Positions 8,306 to 11,633 of a DNA stretch of 11,633 nt are shown here, piece by piece (position 1 is the stretch's first letter; the number at the start of each line of letters is the position of its first letter). Where the stretch lies: the NCBI GenBank assembly GCA_046485285.1, contig JAWOHE010000025.1:1-11633 (forward strand), given 5' to 3'. Made by a program: the position numbers and the translations under genes. The DNA is from a bacterium (GTDB lineage Bacteria; Hydrothermota; Tepidihabitantia; Tepidihabitantales; Tepidihabitantaceae). The notes beneath the pieces are model-generated. The model did no database searches. It was not told where the DNA came from and was given only the letters and a program-made list of their open reading frames with translations.

Positions 8306-8365
8306 GCCCGGACGCCGAGCGCCCGCGGCGGCGCCGAAGCGCCGCCGCAAGCGTTGTCTCGAGGC

Positions 8366-9988
8366 CTAGCGCAGGATGACCGGCCTGGTCTCCTCGCCCG
8401 CAGGTGTCGCGAGCCGCGCGAAGTAGACGCCGGCCGCAACGCGCCGGCCCGCGCCATCCCGCCGGTCCCACGCGGCGCCCGGCAGTGCGCCGCGCAGGCG
8501 CGCGACCTCGCGCCCCGCGGCGTCGAACACCGCCACGTCCGCCGCCGGGCCGGCCCATTCGAACTGCAGGCGCTCGAACGCCGGGTTCGGCCGCACCGCG
8601 AATCCCGCCCCGTCACGCGGCATCCCCGGTCGCTCGCCGACCCCGGTCATCCACGGCGCGTTCCAGAGGATGCGCGTCGAGTCGGCACTCATCCAGGCCG
8701 CGCCGCTGCCCGAGCCGCCGCCGGGCGAGTAGGCCAGCGCCGGCCCGATGTTGATGCCATAGGCGGCCTGGTACGTCTGGTTCAGCCGGAGCGAGTCCGA
8801 CCAGGCGGTCGGGGTCGGCGCGTTCACGTAGTGATGGTACACCCGTCGCGAGCGGAGATAGGCCAGGTTCATATAGGTGTTGCCGAGCTGGTTGTAGTTC
8901 TTCAGGTCGACCCAGGCCGCGTCCTGGCCCGGCACGTGGCAGACCGTCGTCGGCCCGCTCCAGTTCACGCCCGCGTTGGTCGTGTGCAGGGCGAGCACGT
9001 CCCAGGTTGCCGAAGGTTGGTGGTAGTGGCTGAATGCCAGCCAGGTCGTCGCTGAGGCCGGGGGCGTCGTGAACGCGGGCGACACCGCCGCGTCATAGAC
9101 CGCGAACGTGTCCGGGCGGAAGTCGCGCGAGGCCCAGCTTCCATTGGCGCCGTAGCTGTTGCTTACGACGCAGGCGATCCAGCCCTTCCAGAGGCTGTGC
9201 ATCGGAATGCCCGACAGGTAGACGTGATTCCCGGCCCCGGCCGACAGGTGCGGCCGGTCGCAGTTTGCGACGGTGTCAATCGCGACCCAGGTCTTGCCGA
9301 AGGTTGTTGACCGGCAGATGTAGGTCCGAGGTGCGGTCGTCGTGTTCAATCCGTTGTGCGCGACCGCGTACAGGTAGTACGGCGACGTGTAGTCGCGGCA
9401 GGCCGCGAAGTCGGTGACGGTGTCCGGGCCGGAGAGCGCGTGGTAGCCGGTGAGCCCGCTGCCGTCCATGTTCCACCTGACGCAGATAAGGTCGCCGGAC
9501 TGGTCCGCGCGCCGCGCGAACACGAAGACCTTGGCCGAGTCACCCGCGCCGACGACGATCTGGAGCTTCCGCATCAGCGTCGGGGTGGTGACCCAGACGA
9601 ACCCGCCGAAGTAGTTCCAGGTATGGCCGTGGTCGGTTGACTTGTAGACCCGGCAGGCCGAGTCGCTTCGGAACGTCGTGGCGACCCACATCGTCCCGTC
9701 CATCTGGTAGTCGGTCGCCAGCGCGGCGAACTTGCCCGGGCTCTGGACGATGGTGACGTCCGGGCCGTCGTTCAGGAAGTCACGCGGCACGTCCTCGGCC
9801 GGCTCAATCGCGACCGTCAGCGGAACGACGCCGGGCGGGTCCGCGTCCCGGACCGGGTCCTTGATGTCGCTCGCCGGAGATAAGTGGCCCCGGCTGGCCC
9901 CGGACGGCCAGGCAGCCGGGTCGACATCGCCGGTCGCCGCGAGCCCGGCCGCGGCGATCGCGACAAGCAGCAGCACTGCCTGCTTCAT
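8366..9988 (-). CDS. Secreted Asp-box/BNR-repeat beta-propeller protein with a FlgD-Ig/T9SS-like C-terminal domain (540 aa)
   Basis: The start was moved to ATG 9988 (SD GGGAGG, signal peptide MKQAVLLLVAIAAAGLA). Asp-box-like motifs are YKSTDHGHTW, RSTTFGKTW and HTTNAGVNW. The C-terminus reads TGVGE...RPNPA...FDAAGREV...WDRRDGAGRRVAAGVYFARL. Confidence 0.88.
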   Translation of the reverse strand: MKQAVLLLVAIAAAGLAATGDVDPAAWPSGASRGHLSPASDIKDPVRDADPPGVVPLTVAIEPAEDVPRDFLNDGPDVTIVQSPGKFAALATDYQMDGTMWVATTFRSDSACRVYKSTDHGHTWNYFGGFVWVTTPTLMRKLQIVVGAGDSAKVFVFARRADQSGDLICVRWNMDGSGLTGYHALSGPDTVTDFAACRDYTSPYYLYAVAHNGLNTTTAPRTYICRSTTFGKTWVAIDTVANCDRPHLSAGAGNHVYLSGIPMHSLWKGWIACVVSNSYGANGSWASRDFRPDTFAVYDAAVSPAFTTPPASATTWLAFSHYHQPSATWDVLALHTTNAGVNWSGPTTVCHVPGQDAAWVDLKNYNQLGNTYMNLAYLRSRRVYHHYVNAPTPTAWSDSLRLNQTYQAAYGINIGPALAYSPGGGSGSGAAWMSADSTRILWNAPWMTGVGERPGMPRDGAGFAVRPNPAFERLQFEWAGPAADVAVFDAAGREVARLRGALPGAAWDRRDGAGRRVAAGVYFARLATPAGEETRPVILR

Positions 9989-10119
9989 CCTGCCTCCCTT
10001 TGTTCGTGTCCGGGCGGGCGCACCGGGCGCGTACCGCCACCCTGCCTCGGCCGGGCCCGCCCCGCCGGGCCGGACGGCCGCGCACGAAGCCCCGCCCGAC
10101 ACTTCCCGAATATGCGAAA

Positions 10120-10149
10120 AGAATAACACTCCGGGCAACCGGTTGTCAA
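10120..10149 (-). promoter_or_regulatory. Putative promoter of the 8366-9988 gene
   Basis: The minus strand reads TTGACA (10149-10144), 18 bp, TATTCT (10125-10120), with an extended -10 TG, in a local AT-rich patch. Confidence 0.6.
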
Positions 10150-10226
10150 TAGACGACTTGGCCGCGCACCGTCCCCGCACCGTTCCCGCCGGCCCGGGGT
10201 CTGAAGCAGCATAACTGGAGGACACG

Positions 10227-10847
10227 ATGAAATCTGTGACTGCTTTGCTGATACTTGGACTGTTCGTTGTGACACCGGCCGCGGTCGTACCGGTGAGCAT
10301 CGTCGACTTCGCCTTCGTCCCGGACACGGTGACGGTCGGGCCCGGCGACACGGTCCGCTGGACCAATGACGGCGCGATGCCGCACTCATCGACCAGCGGC
10401 GTCGGTGGCGTCTGGAACGGACTCTGGGACTCCGGCATTCTTGCCTCGGGTGAAAGCTACGGCCGGGCCTTCGACACGCCCGGCACCTTCCCCTACTACT
10501 GCTCGCCCCACTACCTGACGATGGCCGGAGTTGTCGTCGTGGCGTCGACCGCGATCGAGGAAGGCCGCCTCGCCGCGCCGGGAAACGCCGTGCTCGCGGC
10601 CCGGCCCAACCCCTTCAACGCCGCCGCCCTCATTGACTACCGCGTCCCGGCGGCCGGCCCGGTCCGGCTCGAAATCGCCGACGCCGCCGGCCGGCTCGTG
10701 CGGACCCTGTCCCCGACCGGCGACAACGGCACGGTGCGCTGGGACGGCACGGACGGCGCCGGCCGACCGGCCCGGCCCGGCGTCTACCTCGCCCGGCTGA
10801 CCTGGACCGGAGGCATTGCCTATGCCCGGATGGTGAAGACCCGCTAG
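10227..10847 (+). CDS. Plastocyanin/amicyanin-like cupredoxin with a FlgD-Ig/T9SS-like C-terminal domain (206 aa)
   Basis: SD GGAGG at 10217-10221 and a signal peptide. The cupredoxin motif FVPDTVTVGPGDTVRWTN is followed by type-1 Cu ligands H53, C92, H95 and M99 (YYCSPHYLTM). The C-terminus reads AIEE...PNPFN...DAAGRLVRTL...WDGTDGAG...GVYLARL. Confidence 0.92.
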   Translation: MKSVTALLILGLFVVTPAAVVPVSIVDFAFVPDTVTVGPGDTVRWTNDGAMPHSSTSGVGGVWNGLWDSGILASGESYGRAFDTPGTFPYYCSPHYLTMAGVVVVASTAIEEGRLAAPGNAVLAARPNPFNAAALIDYRVPAAGPVRLEIADAAGRLVRTLSPTGDNGTVRWDGTDGAGRPARPGVYLARLTWTGGIAYARMVKTR

Positions 10848-11157
10848 CTCACGGCGGGCGGCACCCCCGTGGGGCGGTCCACGCCGCGGCCGCCCGGGCT
10901 GCCTGCCAGGTACCTGTCGGGCCGCTGCCCGGACCGCCTGACTGGCGGCCTGCCCGGGCACTCCCGAAGGACGGCCGGGTATGCAGGTGGCGGGCGGGCA
11001 GTCGCGCCGGACAGCCCGGCAGGAAGTGCCCTTGTACGTGGAGTCCGGATAGCTCGCGCCCTCGGCGCAATCTACTTCAGGGGGACAGGCGGGGCCCGGC
11101 CAAGTCGGGTTCGCTGAGCTAAGCCCCCGTGGCGACTGCGGGTTGCGCGTGGGGAGC

Positions 11158-11301
11158 AGCACTCCGGGGGGGTATCCCGGGGATATCCCCGGGACGGTTC
11201 CGGGGGCCGCCCCGGGGACCGTCCCGGGAGCCGTCCCGGAGGCCGTCCCCGGGACCGCTAGGGGAGGCGTCCCCGGGGCCGCTAGGGGAAGGCAGGTGGG
11301 G
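11158..11301. repeat. Second 12-bp-period array (NNNNNN-CCSGGR type) with terminal GCAGGTGGGG
   Basis: Eleven in-register units run from 11158 to 11289, for example GGGTATCCCGGG, GATATCCCCGGG, ACCGTCCCGGGA, GCCGTCCCCGGG and ACCGCTAGGGGA. They are followed by AGGCAGGTGGGG. Confidence 0.85.
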
Positions 11302-11423
11302 GTGGGGGTCCGGGTGCGGCTCGAAGCGCTTCGGGGCGGCAGACGAGAGACGCCGCCGTGGGCTCATCTGGTCAGGTAGGAACAGGCAGAAGGTGGATGC
11401 GGCCGTGACCGGCCGGTCAGCGG

Positions 11424-11633
11424 CTACGGTTCGTTCGGGGTAGGCAGGATGTCCAGCCGCCGGTACCCGGCGTTGTCGTCCGTGCCCAACTCGACGAATG
11501 CCTGGCCCGGGTTGACGGTGACCCGCAGAAGGCCGCTGCCCTGCATCGACTGCGGGATGCTCGCCAGGGTCCAGGAGTACGACACGCTCTGCCCCTGGTC
11601 CAGCGCGGTGTCAGGCCAGACCGGCCACTCGGG
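11424..11633 (-). CDS. C-terminal 69 aa of a protein ending in a probable CARDB/Ig-like domain (partial)
   Basis: Manual translation gives PEWPVWPDTALDQGQSVSYSWTLASIPQSMQGSGLLRVTVNPGQAFVELGTDDNAGYRRLDILPTPNEP*. The V-x-V-[DN]-P...VE...DN pattern is CARDB-like and codons end mostly in G/C. Confidence 0.7.
   Translation of the reverse strand, partial: PEWPVWPDTALDQGQSVSYSWTLASIPQSMQGSGLLRVTVNPGQAFVELGTDDNAGYRRLDILPTPNEP

Noticed and set aside
1082-8369. Long overlapping ORFs (1171-2856, 1658-2602, 3669-4526, 5406-6446, 6579-8369, 6760-8076 and others)
   Set aside because: They are Arg/Pro/Gly-rich or antisense shadows of well-supported genes in high-GC DNA, with no recognisable motifs.
6876-10438. 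Longer ORF-track starts at 7040, 8558 and 10438
   Set aside because: The extensions are low-complexity or overlap neighbouring genes. ATGs 6875, 8270 and 9988 directly precede signal peptides and have SD or promoter support.
10848-10873. Intrinsic terminator after the cupredoxin gene (CTCACGG/CCGTGGG)
   Set aside because: The stem is weak, the loop is large and there is no U-tract.

Overview
High-GC bacterial chromosomal window. Positions 1-~985 hold the 5' part of a 23S rRNA gene on the minus strand. It has its own tandem sigma70-type promoters and a boxA, and no 16S gene or tRNA lies upstream, so it appears to be an unlinked 23S gene. A divergent plus-strand block encodes a probable outer-membrane beta-barrel protein (apparently leaderless), a DUF4097-like lipoprotein, thioredoxin and a GlcD/D-lactate-dehydrogenase-family FAD oxidoreductase. 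The right half encodes exported proteins: an alpha/beta-hydrolase-helical-PDZ fusion, two beta-propeller proteins, a cupredoxin, and the end of a CARDB-like protein. The two propellers and the cupredoxin share a FlgD-Ig/T9SS-like C-terminal domain, which suggests an FCB-related candidate lineage such as WOR-3 (inference). The least explained features lie in the two convergent intergenic gaps. They are quasi-palindromic arrays with a 12-bp period (4845-5108, 11158-11301, and a decayed one at ~10888-10990) that differ in unit sequence but all end in GGGW-NN-GCAGGTGG. A 45-bp copy of a gene 3' end also lies 1825 bp from its source, bracketing the hydrolase gene.
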